Assembly: GCA_037917685.1 (NCBI GenBank)
Contig: JAVCBU010000003.1
Location: forward strand, 160,001-224,000
DNA from: Thermoproteota archaeon
Lineage (GTDB): Archaea > Korarchaeota > Korarchaeia > Korarchaeales > JAOZGB01
DNA length: 64,000 nt
Direction: 5' to 3'
Shown: one piece after another, positions 27,429-36,771 of the stretch
How positions within the stretch are numbered: position 1 is the first letter of the stretch
How the letters are laid out: every line of letters starts with the position of its first letter
Notes under the pieces: generated by a model
Databases searched by the model: none
Told to the model about the DNA's origin: nothing
The model's input: only the letters and a program-made list of their open reading frames with translations
Translations under genes and position numbers: made by a program

Positions 27429-28240
27429 ATGCAAATCTTGATGTCTAAGAATAATAAAATAAGGATTGAGGATTTAAACCTCGAAAATATCAACGATCTA
27501 TCTCTCTGCATAGGTAGCGAAATGGCTGAGAATCCCTTGTTTAAAAGAGGGTTAGCGGAGAAAAAGAAGTGGGCACAGGCTATGATAGAGAAGGGCTTTC
27601 CTCTTGCAAAAATAGCTTATTCGGGTTCAAAACCTATAGGGCTTATTCAGTATAGGTTAAAGCCCGAGGAGAGAATTATCTGGATAGACTGTATATATGT
27701 TCACGGGAAGGAAAACCAACATAGAGGAGTCGGTAAAGCTCTTCTGCAAAGCTTAATAAGAGACGTTGAGAAACCTATGGCAGCTTTGAACGGTAAGCCT
27801 CCAAGGGCGCTCGTAACCTACGCATTTGAGACAGAAGCCGGATACCCACAGCACCTTTTCTATTTGAAGATGGGCTTCAAGAAGGTCGGCGAGGGCGATC
27901 CTCACCTCCTTTACCTTCCATTTGAAGCGGGCTACGTGTATAAACTATACGTAAAACCTACAAGCCTATCAAGGAGGATAAAGGGAAAGCGGTAATATTA
28001 TACTTCCCTGATTGCCCATTCTCCTACTACTTCGCTGACAAGATGAGAAGAATAATTAAGGATGTAGCTCCCAATCTCCCCATTGAGATAATCAACACCT
28101 TTGAGAAGCCTGAGGAGCCCGAGAAAAGGCACTCGGAGCCTTTCACATGCATAGTTAACATGAAACAGATCGAAACATTCGTAACAGACGAAGAAGCGTT
28201 TAGAAAAGAGGTTAAGGAGGCGTGTTCAAACCAGGCATAG
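27429..28240 (+). pseudogene. GNAT acetyltransferase with YoaP-like C-terminal domain, single frameshift near 27950
   Basis: IDCIYV...HRGVGKALL, FYLKMGF; second frame continues YKPIKEDKGKAVILYFPDCPFSYY into the 28043-28240 ORF. Confidence 0.75.
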
Positions 28241-28337
28241 AATTTGCATGAGCGGAAGTCTGATCTGAGCAGGCTTAATGGCCTCCCATAGTATAGCTTA
28301 GGTAACAGATATACCTTAGCTATACTATATCTGTTAC

Positions 28338-29627
28338 CTATGCGGTGTTTTCCACACTATTTTGTCTAATGATGGTATATGGGCCGTCGGGGATTATTGC
28401 GATAGATTTTTCACTGTTCTCCCTTACTCCTGCCTCTTCGAGCGCTTCTTCAAACTGTCTGACTGCTTTTAAACCCATCCTTTCCGCATCCTTCCTGCCC
28501 AAGTGTTCAGATACAACTATAATGTTAGCTTTAAGCATTATTCTTGCAAGTATCTGCGCCTCCCACTGGTCTCTTAAAGGCTCGTTCTCACGGATGTATT
28601 CCAGCACGTCTCTTGGACTTTCACCGATTTCCATAAGCCTCTGAAAATCAGGATGAGCTACTCCGTCCCTGCACTCCGAAACTATGATTATCGTACCGCC
28701 CTTCTTAACTACTGACTCAGCAGTTGACATTCCCTTAACAGCTTGGTAAAGGTTCCTGTCCAACGGGTACCCACCGTTGCTTGTGACCACTACGTCATAC
28801 CTCGTGGTGACATCCACGGTGGATTCCTGTGAAACCTTTCTTGTAGCCCTCAGATACGCATCGTCCACATTCCCCGCGTAAACGCCAGATATCTTTCTCC
28901 CACTTACAGTTACATTAACAATTAAGTCCAGCCCCGCCATCCGGCCAGCCTGCCATATATCCTCGTGAATGGGGTTCCCTTCCAAGACGCCGGCCCGCGC
29001 CCGGGGGTGCCCTATCATTTTATAGCTGTGATTTTGGTAGACTGTTTCGGTTGATGAGATTCCTGGAAGGATGCTCTTGTAGCCTCCACTAAACCCGGCG
29101 AAGAAGTGGGGCTCCACAAGCCCCGTAGCTATCTTGAACTTTGCCTCGATGAAAGACCTGTTTATCCAAACATTGGTTCCAAAAGTGGTGCGTCCAAGAA
29201 ACACATGCTGGTCCATGTCGTCTGAGACATGGTTTAGAACATTATATCTCCCAACTATATCCTCACCAAGGTTTTCAGCGAGCTCTCCACGTGTCATAGG
29301 TTTATGGAGCCCGTTTGCAACCAGTATCGTCAAATACTCGGTTTTCACACCTTCGGACTCTAGCTGTTTTAGAAGAATTGGAAGAATTAGATCGTTAAAA
29401 GCAAGCCTGGTCTTATCGCTAACAACAATACAAATTCTGCCCCCGCTTTCCCTTATCCTTTCTTTACAGCTCTTAACGGCGAAGGCGATGGGATTTTCCA
29501 AATCTACGCGTGCTTCTTCAATAACAGTCCTCCTAGGCTTAAATACATCTACACTGTTCCCCCCGGGTATCTCTACTTCGAGAAAACTTTGACCATAAGG
29601 AATCTTCAATTCAAACACTATACCCAT
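28338..29627 (-). CDS. larA: Nickel-pincer-dependent lactate racemase family protein
   Basis: SDKTR, ANGLHKP, NH, EPHFFAGFSGGYKSILPG, GGYPLDRNLYQAVKG. Confidence 0.92.
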   Translation of the reverse strand: MGIVFELKIPYGQSFLEVEIPGGNSVDVFKPRRTVIEEARVDLENPIAFAVKSCKERIRESGGRICIVVSDKTRLAFNDLILPILLKQLESEGVKTEYLTILVANGLHKPMTRGELAENLGEDIVGRYNVLNHVSDDMDQHVFLGRTTFGTNVWINRSFIEAKFKIATGLVEPHFFAGFSGGYKSILPGISSTETVYQNHSYKMIGHPRARAGVLEGNPIHEDIWQAGRMAGLDLIVNVTVSGRKISGVYAGNVDDAYLRATRKVSQESTVDVTTRYDVVVTSNGGYPLDRNLYQAVKGMSTAESVVKKGGTIIIVSECRDGVAHPDFQRLMEIGESPRDVLEYIRENEPLRDQWEAQILARIMLKANIIVVSEHLGRKDAERMGLKAVRQFEEALEEAGVRENSEKSIAIIPDGPYTIIRQNSVENTA

Positions 29628-29809
29628 CCTCCATCCTATTTTAATATTCTTAACATGGACCCGCTACGGTCCAGCCATAATTTCCATAAGCGTTTACAAA
29701 GTATCAGGGATGGTTTCGCTGGATGATTGGTATAGCTGGCGTACGGGTCTAGTGTTTCGTATGCGAATGTCTAGGTATGTTTAAAATTACATAGGGGGCA
29801 TTTATCCAG

Positions 29810-30985
29810 GTGGAATTGAAAGCTAAAAGGTTTCTGGCTTTAACCCTTTATCTTATATTCACACACGCATACATATTATCTTCAGCATATGATATTGAAA
29901 CCATTGCCTATACTAGTACTCCACCATTTGTTGTTCATGTTTGGGTTAATAAGGGGTGCGGAGCCGAGTATACAGTTGGCGAGTCTATTACAGTATTCTT
30001 CTCCTCCAATAGGAATGCAACTGTCGAGCTTATAGCTTTCACTAGTAGTGGAGCGAGCTATCTATTCGTCGGAAACATTATAGAGAACGAAATATATACA
30101 TGGATGGGAAATGTTGGAACAACCCCCGGAGAAGTACTATACGTTCTCAGGGGTTGGAATAACACAGACTACTGTGAGGACTCATGCCTCATATACGTAG
30201 TTGAAATATCCGGCACTCTAACACTAATTGTCCGGGAGAAACAGTCAAACATCTCCTTAAATGGGGTAAAAGTATACCTCAACGGCAGCCTCCAGGGAGA
30301 AACAGGTGAAGACGGTACATTCACAATAGCAGGCCTCGAAACAGGCGTATACAACCTTACACTTAAGAAAACAGGATACTACACATGGAAGGGTATAGTA
30401 CAGATACATCCCGGGCAAACAACAGAAGTCTCAGCATACATGGAGAAAATGCCCGAAGTCGGCGACCTCAAAATCCTCGTGGTGGAAGAAAACACCTTAC
30501 AAAGCATACCCAACGCTCAGATATACATCGACGACCAAATGAAAGGAACAACCGGAGCATACGGCTCCATAACTATTAATAACCTCCAGGCAGGACCCCA
30601 TACAATAACAGTAATAGCAGAAGGATACCAAACATACGAATCTACAATAATGGTTAAGAAATGGAAGCTCAACACATTCATGGCAAAGCTGAAACCAATC
30701 ACTCAGCCTCCTACGACTCCTCCTCCTACAACCCAGCCTCCTACGACTCCTCCTCCTACAACCCAGCCTCCTACGACTCCTCCTCCTACAACCCAGCCTC
30801 CTACGACTCCTCCTCCTACAACCCAGCCTCCTACGACTCCTCCTCCTACAACCCAGCCTCCTACGACTCCTCCTCCTACAACCCAGCCTCCCGCCAGGTC
30901 GATGTACTTAAACACGGTTATAATACTTGCGGCTCTGGTTATAGTGTTATCTATAGCACTTGCGGTATTAGCGCTGAAGAGGTAA
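29810..30985 (+). CDS. Surface protein: N-terminal beta domain, two PEGA-like domains, Pro/Thr linker, C-terminal TM
   Basis: Signal peptide; VYLNG..GET, IYIDD..GTT; (TTQPPTTPPP)6; TM ending KR. Confidence 0.85.
   Translation: MELKAKRFLALTLYLIFTHAYILSSAYDIETIAYTSTPPFVVHVWVNKGCGAEYTVGESITVFFSSNRNATVELIAFTSSGASYLFVGNIIENEIYTWMGNVGTTPGEVLYVLRGWNNTDYCEDSCLIYVVEISGTLTLIVREKQSNISLNGVKVYLNGSLQGETGEDGTFTIAGLETGVYNLTLKKTGYYTWKGIVQIHPGQTTEVSAYMEKMPEVGDLKILVVEENTLQSIPNAQIYIDDQMKGTTGAYGSITINNLQAGPHTITVIAEGYQTYESTIMVKKWKLNTFMAKLKPITQPPTTPPPTTQPPTTPPPTTQPPTTPPPTTQPPTTPPPTTQPPTTPPPTTQPPTTPPPTTQPPARSMYLNTVIILAALVIVLSIALAVLALKR
30704..30891 (+). repeat. Perfect 30-bp coding tandem repeat, 6 full units plus a partial
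   Basis: cagcctcctacgactcctcctcctacaacc at 30704, 30734, 30764, 30794, 30824, 30854. Confidence 0.95.
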
Positions 30986-31022
30986 ACATCAGAACCATGT
31001 AGAATAAACGTCTAACGCCACA

Positions 31023-32021
31023 TTACTTGTACTCATGCTTCATAACTAATGCGTTACCTATAAAGGAAAAGCCTATTCTGCGAAAAGCCTCTATTGTTTC
31101 AGCTCTTATTTTAGGAACCGCGGCGTAGATCCTTCTCGCCCCACGCCTGTAAAGGGTATTAACAGCCTTCACCACCATCAATGCCTCGACAGGCTTCCCC
31201 CACATGTTCTTCACGGTCCTAACTTCTATCCTCCCTATCCCATCGCTTCTCGACAATGCTATCCCATAATGAGACAGTATCCTACCATTTGACACGGCAA
31301 TCTGCTCGTCATAATCGGGTTTCCTAAAGAGCCTTGATACTAGCTGTGTAAAACCTCCCCTTCCAACCCTGAATTTAGACGGTTTAACCTCGTCAAATGA
31401 TTCTACGGCTTCCACGTCGCCTACATCCTTAAGATATCTGAGTATAAACCTGTCGACAAGCTCGTAATCACCCTTGCTTGGGGGTCTAATGGCTACTCCG
31501 GGCTCTCTCCACTCTCTAAACTCATACCTGACCCTCATCTCGAGAATTGCATTCTCATGGGACCTCTTGAAACCATTAGCCTCGAAAAAACGTAATGCAG
31601 GCTTATTATCCTCAAAGACAATGGCCATGAACTTTTCTACATCCCTGCTCAACCAGTACCGCTTAAACTCGGCCAGCATCTCTGAGCCAACCCCCCTCTT
31701 CCTGTAACCCTCAGCGGTACAAACGAGGTGTACCTCAGCAATATTCCTGGTTTCGGGATACGGAAGCCTTGAGATTAGAACCCCAACAAGCCTGTCATCT
31801 ACAACCGCCTTCAACCCGTAATACGCCTCAGCAATGTGTTTGAGGGCTGGACTAGTCTGTATAGTCATGTAGGTTCCAATCTTCCTTACCTCAAAGATAG
31901 GGTTTAGAGTAAGAGGGTAGCCGCCCCTATAGCAGTCTGCAACCAGTTTGACAGCATCATTGAAGTCCTCAACCTCAAGTCTACCAACATTTACCTCCAA
32001 AGCTCTCACATGGTAAAGCAT
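31023..32021 (-). CDS. Tandem-GNAT acetyltransferase
   Basis: YRKRGVGSEML, NKPALRFFEANGF; second degenerate GNAT ending AFRRIGF. Confidence 0.85.
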   Translation of the reverse strand: MLYHVRALEVNVGRLEVEDFNDAVKLVADCYRGGYPLTLNPIFEVRKIGTYMTIQTSPALKHIAEAYYGLKAVVDDRLVGVLISRLPYPETRNIAEVHLVCTAEGYRKRGVGSEMLAEFKRYWLSRDVEKFMAIVFEDNKPALRFFEANGFKRSHENAILEMRVRYEFREWREPGVAIRPPSKGDYELVDRFILRYLKDVGDVEAVESFDEVKPSKFRVGRGGFTQLVSRLFRKPDYDEQIAVSNGRILSHYGIALSRSDGIGRIEVRTVKNMWGKPVEALMVVKAVNTLYRRGARRIYAAVPKIRAETIEAFRRIGFSFIGNALVMKHEYK

Positions 32022-32114
32022 CAGAATAGTAAATAAATTATTCTAAGAGCTAAATACCAGACTTCTACATGGCAAGACAAGTTTATATTAATTCACAGCC
32101 CCCTATATCTTAGT

Positions 32115-32501
32115 ATGCCCGTGAAAAAGAGAAGAACCATATTCGACCTTTTCTCCGACATGTTCGAGAGCGACCTGGAAAACCTGATACCTGAAGGCGC
32201 TGGGAGCTACAGCATAACTGTTTACACAGGCGAAGACGGGAGGGTTAAAGTTAGAGCTAAAGTCTCCGACGGAGCCACCGCCGAAAAACTGTTAGAAGAT
32301 CTTAGAAGGAGATACGGCAGGAATGCAGATATAGAGATAGACACCCCCCACGGAAAGGTGTCAAATATCACCATAAGGTTTGTAGATGAAAACCAAGAAA
32401 AACAGGATAAGGAAAAAGAGAGGGAAAAGGCGGAGAAGGGCTCGGGGGTAAGAATTAGGTTTACTAAGTCCGGGGAAACGCTGATAAGAGAGATAGAATA
32501 G
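32115..32501 (+). CDS. Small protein resembling the N-terminal region of archaeal Hsp20
   Basis: IFDLFSDMFE...YSITVYTGEDGRVKVR; no alpha-crystallin domain visible. Confidence 0.45.
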   Translation: MPVKKRRTIFDLFSDMFESDLENLIPEGAGSYSITVYTGEDGRVKVRAKVSDGATAEKLLEDLRRRYGRNADIEIDTPHGKVSNITIRFVDENQEKQDKEKEREKAEKGSGVRIRFTKSGETLIREIE

Positions 32502-33092
32502 CTATCCGGTAAATCTTATTATTACACCACCCCTCTCGACGCCTGCGAATCTAGCTATAACATCGCATTTAGCCTTCAATAAGTACGCCACCGGTGGCTC
32601 AAGCACAGCCTCCTCATCTGTTAAGGTTTCATAATGGGCCATCCCCTTTGCAATGATCAGGTCAGCGGTGTTTAGCTTGTCTATAAGGCTTCTCCTAACC
32701 ATCCCTGGAATGATGCTTGATGCGTCGCTTCCTGTTTCTGCTACGTCGTCGAAGTACCTTGAAAGCCTGAACATTCTATACTCTCTAATGGTCACGTCGT
32801 CTTGGAAAGGTTTGGACTTTACAACCGCGGTAACCTTGCACCAGTAATCTCTAAGCACCTCAGCCAGCAAGCCGTCGATTACAGCCTCCCCGCAGTTATC
32901 TAGTAGCATGTAGACGTTGTCTGCGGAGGACGCGGTGTCCATGATCCTGTCTACTACTGAGAAGTCATGGTGAACGCTTGAAAGCCTTGAAACTATTCCT
33001 ACGTCATATTTCTGGTCCGGGATACCTATGTCAAGGATGTTTGCTTCTACAGACATAATACGTACAGCTCTAAAACGATCTTCCCAGCTCAT
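32502..33092 (-). CDS. ARMT1-like/DUF89 damage-control phosphatase, N-terminally shortened
   Basis: ANILD, LDNCGEAVID, KSKPFQDDVT, IIAKGMAHYETL, LLKAKC. Confidence 0.75.
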   Translation of the reverse strand: MSWEDRFRAVRIMSVEANILDIGIPDQKYDVGIVSRLSSVHHDFSVVDRIMDTASSADNVYMLLDNCGEAVIDGLLAEVLRDYWCKVTAVVKSKPFQDDVTIREYRMFRLSRYFDDVAETGSDASSIIPGMVRRSLIDKLNTADLIIAKGMAHYETLTDEEAVLEPPVAYLLKAKCDVIARFAGVERGGVIIRFTG

Positions 33093-33140
33093 CCTGTGGA
33101 TTCTTCTCTCACATTAAAAAGGGATATAATGGGGAGGGGG

Positions 33141-34562
33141 TTATGAGCTGTATATAAGTTTACATTCATCCATTGTGACAGTTTTATCCCCGTTTTTATC
33201 GGTCCACATGACTACAATGGTTGTCGACTGGCCTATTCTTCCACCTATCAGGTAGAGAGCTGCTGCTTGAGTCCCGTACCTGGTGCATCCCTCTACGAAA
33301 ACTATCCATCTGGCATTCTCAGCATCCTTGTAAAGCCTTATTACTCCATAGTCCCTTTTAGCCCAGTCTCCCTTATTATAGGTCCAAGACATGTCTTCTA
33401 CCTTCAGGGTAATGCCTTCCTTTGAGAACTCGAATGATATTCCAGCGTCACTATTATACGTCTCTGACACCTTGCATGAGAGAGGCCCGCCCACAACAAC
33501 GAGGTTTCTACCAGTATCTTCACTAACAACTTCTCCCTTTATCTCCAGCGCTACCTTGATCTTCGTGGCTGATGCTCTGTCATATGTCCCACATGTTATA
33601 TCTGAGTCCTGAGCTGCCTTCGTCTTCCAGCCTTCAAGGTTTATGTCTATCATTCCTTCAGCCTCTGCCAGCATGCACGCGAGAGCCAGGGTGAGCCTTG
33701 TATTGTCAAATAAGATTTCGAAGTCTACATTGTTTTTAATCGTGTCTCTATCGCTGTGGATGTACGTGTTTGAGAAGGCATTCGAGTCCATTATGCATAT
33801 TGCTGGTACTCCAATCTTCAGGAATGACGCGTGGTCTGAAAACTCGTATCTACCGTACATTATCTCAGCGTCTACACCTATAGTCTCGGCAACTGTTATG
33901 GCTGTTTCTGCAAGGCTCATTTCACCCTCGGACGGGTTTCTCGACGGGGATGTTCCAACCCAGATACCGGTGGGCCTGTCCTTGGCAACCATGTCTAGCT
34001 GTACATTAAACTTGATGTTTTCCCCCTTATGCTCGGATACGTAGGCTCTTGAGCCGAATAGTCCCAGCTCCTCACCCGAGAAGAATACTATTCTCAGTGT
34101 ATGTTTTAGTTTCAGGTATGAGATGATTCTCGCAACTTCCAATAACGCTACAACCCCACTTCCATCATCATCTGCCCCGGGAGCCCTGTCAGAGGTATCC
34201 TCCCAGTTGACACTGTCAAAGTGGGCGCTGAAGACTATTATTTCGTCATCTCCCGGGAATTCTCCCACTACGTTAGGCACCACTACCGATGTGTCTCCCC
34301 ATGAAAGCCTATAGTATTCCAGGTGGACCTCCGCCCCGGCTTCCTCCAGCTTTTCAGCTAGGAAGTTAGCGCTCTCATTGATATACGGGGTTATCGTGAA
34401 CCGAGTATAGAACGAAGTCAACGTTTGAAGGTCGTCTTCAAGTCTCTCGATAGATACTTGATCGAGGATTTCAAGGTAGTTGAAAACCGTGCCTGCTGAT
34501 AGGCCCATAAAGACTTGGGACAGGACAATAAGAAGCAGTATGGTGGATAAGTGGATCCTCAT
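33141..34562 (-). CDS. Secreted M28 peptidase with C-terminal S-layer-like domain
   Basis: SAHFDS, GADDDGSG, GEELGL, LDM, SDH, YIHS; C-terminal VVGGP...EGCTRYGTQAA. Confidence 0.9.
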   Translation of the reverse strand: MRIHLSTILLLIVLSQVFMGLSAGTVFNYLEILDQVSIERLEDDLQTLTSFYTRFTITPYINESANFLAEKLEEAGAEVHLEYYRLSWGDTSVVVPNVVGEFPGDDEIIVFSAHFDSVNWEDTSDRAPGADDDGSGVVALLEVARIISYLKLKHTLRIVFFSGEELGLFGSRAYVSEHKGENIKFNVQLDMVAKDRPTGIWVGTSPSRNPSEGEMSLAETAITVAETIGVDAEIMYGRYEFSDHASFLKIGVPAICIMDSNAFSNTYIHSDRDTIKNNVDFEILFDNTRLTLALACMLAEAEGMIDINLEGWKTKAAQDSDITCGTYDRASATKIKVALEIKGEVVSEDTGRNLVVVGGPLSCKVSETYNSDAGISFEFSKEGITLKVEDMSWTYNKGDWAKRDYGVIRLYKDAENARWIVFVEGCTRYGTQAAALYLIGGRIGQSTTIVVMWTDKNGDKTVTMDECKLIYSS

Positions 34563-34628
34563 CGCTTTTTAAATCTTGTTGGAAACTCTTAAATTCATCC
34601 CTACCATTCAACTAATGAGCTTACGACG

Positions 34629-34958
34629 GTGGGTGATAGCTTGTACTGTGTTGTTTTCGTAATGGCGCCAATGGATTCCGCGAGGGAGATAGCCGAGCAC
34701 CTTGTTAATAAAAGACTTGCCGCGTGTGTGAACATTATAGACGGGGTTAGAAGCATCTACTGGTGGAAGGGTAAAGTTGAAGAGGCAAGCGAGTCTCTTA
34801 TCATAGCTAAAACCAAGCTTGAAATGTTTGACAGGGTTATGGATGCTGTAAGGAAGGTTCATCCATACGAGGTTCCAGAGATAATAGCCTTGAAGATCAC
34901 GGATGGGCTAAAAGAATATCTCTCGTGGATCGGAGAAAACGTCGAAGCAGACATCTGA
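34629..34958 (+). CDS. cutA: Divalent-cation tolerance protein CutA
   Basis: LAACVNI, SIYWWKGKVE, HPYEVPEII. Confidence 0.95.
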   Translation: MGDSLYCVVFVMAPMDSAREIAEHLVNKRLAACVNIIDGVRSIYWWKGKVEEASESLIIAKTKLEMFDRVMDAVRKVHPYEVPEIIALKITDGLKEYLSWIGENVEADI

Positions 34959-36131
34959 CATCGCTTCCCAAACATATGATTCAACCCTAGACGCTAGGAC
35001 ATAGACCATGGACCCGTCCTGGAGGACAGCATAGTATACACTACCAACTACTATCACCCCTTTCTCCGTAAGGTTTCCACGCCCTGTATACGCCTCCATG
35101 ACTGTTTCATAAAACCTTTCAGCATGTTCATCTGTGTCCCACAGCGTTGCCCATATAAGGAGGCTGTTATTATCCCTCGACTGTAATGTTAAATTATCGC
35201 CACGCCAGTTAAAGCTTATGTTTGTGTACTCTGGGCCAGCATTAACCCCTATGAAAACATTCACGAAAAATTCCCCCATCCTGTCCGAATACTCTATTTC
35301 AAATCCTGGTATGGTAGGAGCATAGACGGGTATGTAATGTACGCCAGCTATGTATCTATCTGGGTGGAGTATCTCCATAGTTGTAAGTGGTGGGTTTGAA
35401 TAGCATTCGTTAACGAGCCCCCATCCACCGGTGCTGTAGAGTTCCATGACGAAATCATCCCCGTAAGCGTAGGGGAACAGCCAGAGCATTCTCAGCGGCT
35501 GCGTGTAATTATCCGGGTATCCGAGGGAGACCCTGAATGGCGTATAATTGTAGTATCTAGTTGCAGCATTGTAAGCTGTTAGGAGGGCATCGCCCTCTAT
35601 TAGTGCGTACCATGCCATTTTCTCATCGTAGAGTTTCGGGCTATATCCGGGCAGGTTCTGCCTTTGAAGTATATGCGTCAACTCGTGAACAAGGATTTCC
35701 ACGGTGTAGGCTTCAGATTCTAGGTTGAGGTAGTCTTTCACTATGTAGACACTGTCTCCAACAGCCGCGGCCATGGCTGCACCCCTCTGTCCCTCAACAA
35801 TCTTCAGTAAATCCTCTTCCCAAGGGATTATTCCCAGAAGATGATATATCTCATTAAGCCTACGATACTTCCGTCTCTCAGCCTCCGACATCTTCCCCCA
35901 GTTTTCCCTTACCCAGCTTGATGTTACTAGCTTATAATTCACGTCAACGCTGAAATTTAGACCTCTTTCCCTAACTACCAGATCCTTGGAGGTTGAAAAC
36001 ATTCTCTCCAGAGTTTCCTCCTCTTCCCGTGGGGAAATAATGGTTAAGAGGAGTATGGCAGCTGTTATGGTTAAAACGATTATAATCACACTGTTTCTTG
36101 CTATTATTGTCTTATTTTTCCTGCTTATCAT
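34908..36131 (-). CDS. Membrane-anchored zincin-like surface metalloprotease
   Basis: HELTHILQ, ALIEGDA, FPYAYG, PPLTTMEILHP, WRGD. Confidence 0.75.
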   Translation of the reverse strand: MISRKNKTIIARNSVIIIVLTITAAILLLTIISPREEEETLERMFSTSKDLVVRERGLNFSVDVNYKLVTSSWVRENWGKMSEAERRKYRRLNEIYHLLGIIPWEEDLLKIVEGQRGAAMAAAVGDSVYIVKDYLNLESEAYTVEILVHELTHILQRQNLPGYSPKLYDEKMAWYALIEGDALLTAYNAATRYYNYTPFRVSLGYPDNYTQPLRMLWLFPYAYGDDFVMELYSTGGWGLVNECYSNPPLTTMEILHPDRYIAGVHYIPVYAPTIPGFEIEYSDRMGEFFVNVFIGVNAGPEYTNISFNWRGDNLTLQSRDNNSLLIWATLWDTDEHAERFYETVMEAYTGRGNLTEKGVIVVGSVYYAVLQDGSMVYVLASRVESYVWEAMSDVCFDVFSDPREIFF

Positions 36132-36252
36132 GAAATCCTTAATATTCTCGCTAATGTTACTTATATTTTATCTTTAATCTATCATAGGATATAATAGGAT
36201 GTAATTGGGTGTTCATAACATTTTTAAGATGGTAAAGTTGCTGAGATAACGT

Positions 36253-36708
36253 ATGAAAGTTAGTAGAAACTGTGGTATTTCCACGATTGTTTCAATATCT
36301 ATAATTGCGGGTGCCGCGTTGCTCTTGGGCATCATAGTAGCCCTCTATTATACAAGTATCACTTCTCATTTATTTCGAAGCGAGCAACTCAAGATAAAAG
36401 GGTATACTATCAATTCTAACGGTGGGATCTATGTATGTCTCAAAATAAGCTGTACTGGTAATAAACCTATTACGATAACAGACATTCTTGTCAATGGGGT
36501 AAGGCTGGAAGATACAAATTTAAACATAGAGTTAACATGGGAAAGGGAAGGATCGACGGATCCTCAGCATGAACTACCCTTTACAATAAACCCAGGAGAA
36601 TCCGGGCTCCTAAAACTTTGGAGTGACTCGTGGTCCAAGGAGACAAGTTATGAGATAGCACTCCACACATCTACTGGAATAGACTACCCCCACGTCGTCA
36701 AGCCGTAG
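36253..36708 (+). CDS. Archaeal type IV pilin-like protein
   Basis: Class III-like signal RNCG/ISTIV plus hydrophobic helix; ITDILVNG, INPGES. Confidence 0.65.
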   Translation: MKVSRNCGISTIVSISIIAGAALLLGIIVALYYTSITSHLFRSEQLKIKGYTINSNGGIYVCLKISCTGNKPITITDILVNGVRLEDTNLNIELTWEREGSTDPQHELPFTINPGESGLLKLWSDSWSKETSYEIALHTSTGIDYPHVVKP

Positions 36709-36771
36709 CCTAGGCTGGCTTCGCTTGGGCTGGCCATAGAGATTCTCGCATGTGTACGCGTGATTCTAGGT

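Noticed and set aside
30704-30891. 30-bp repeat array as a CRISPR array
   Set aside because: Units are head-to-tail without spacers, in frame, and encode a Pro/Thr linker; no cas genes
30661-31002. Alternative-frame ORFs (SYDSSSYNPA)n and (GGWVVGGGVV)n as repeat-core peptides
   Set aside because: Shadows of the Pro/Thr linker in the PEGA surface protein
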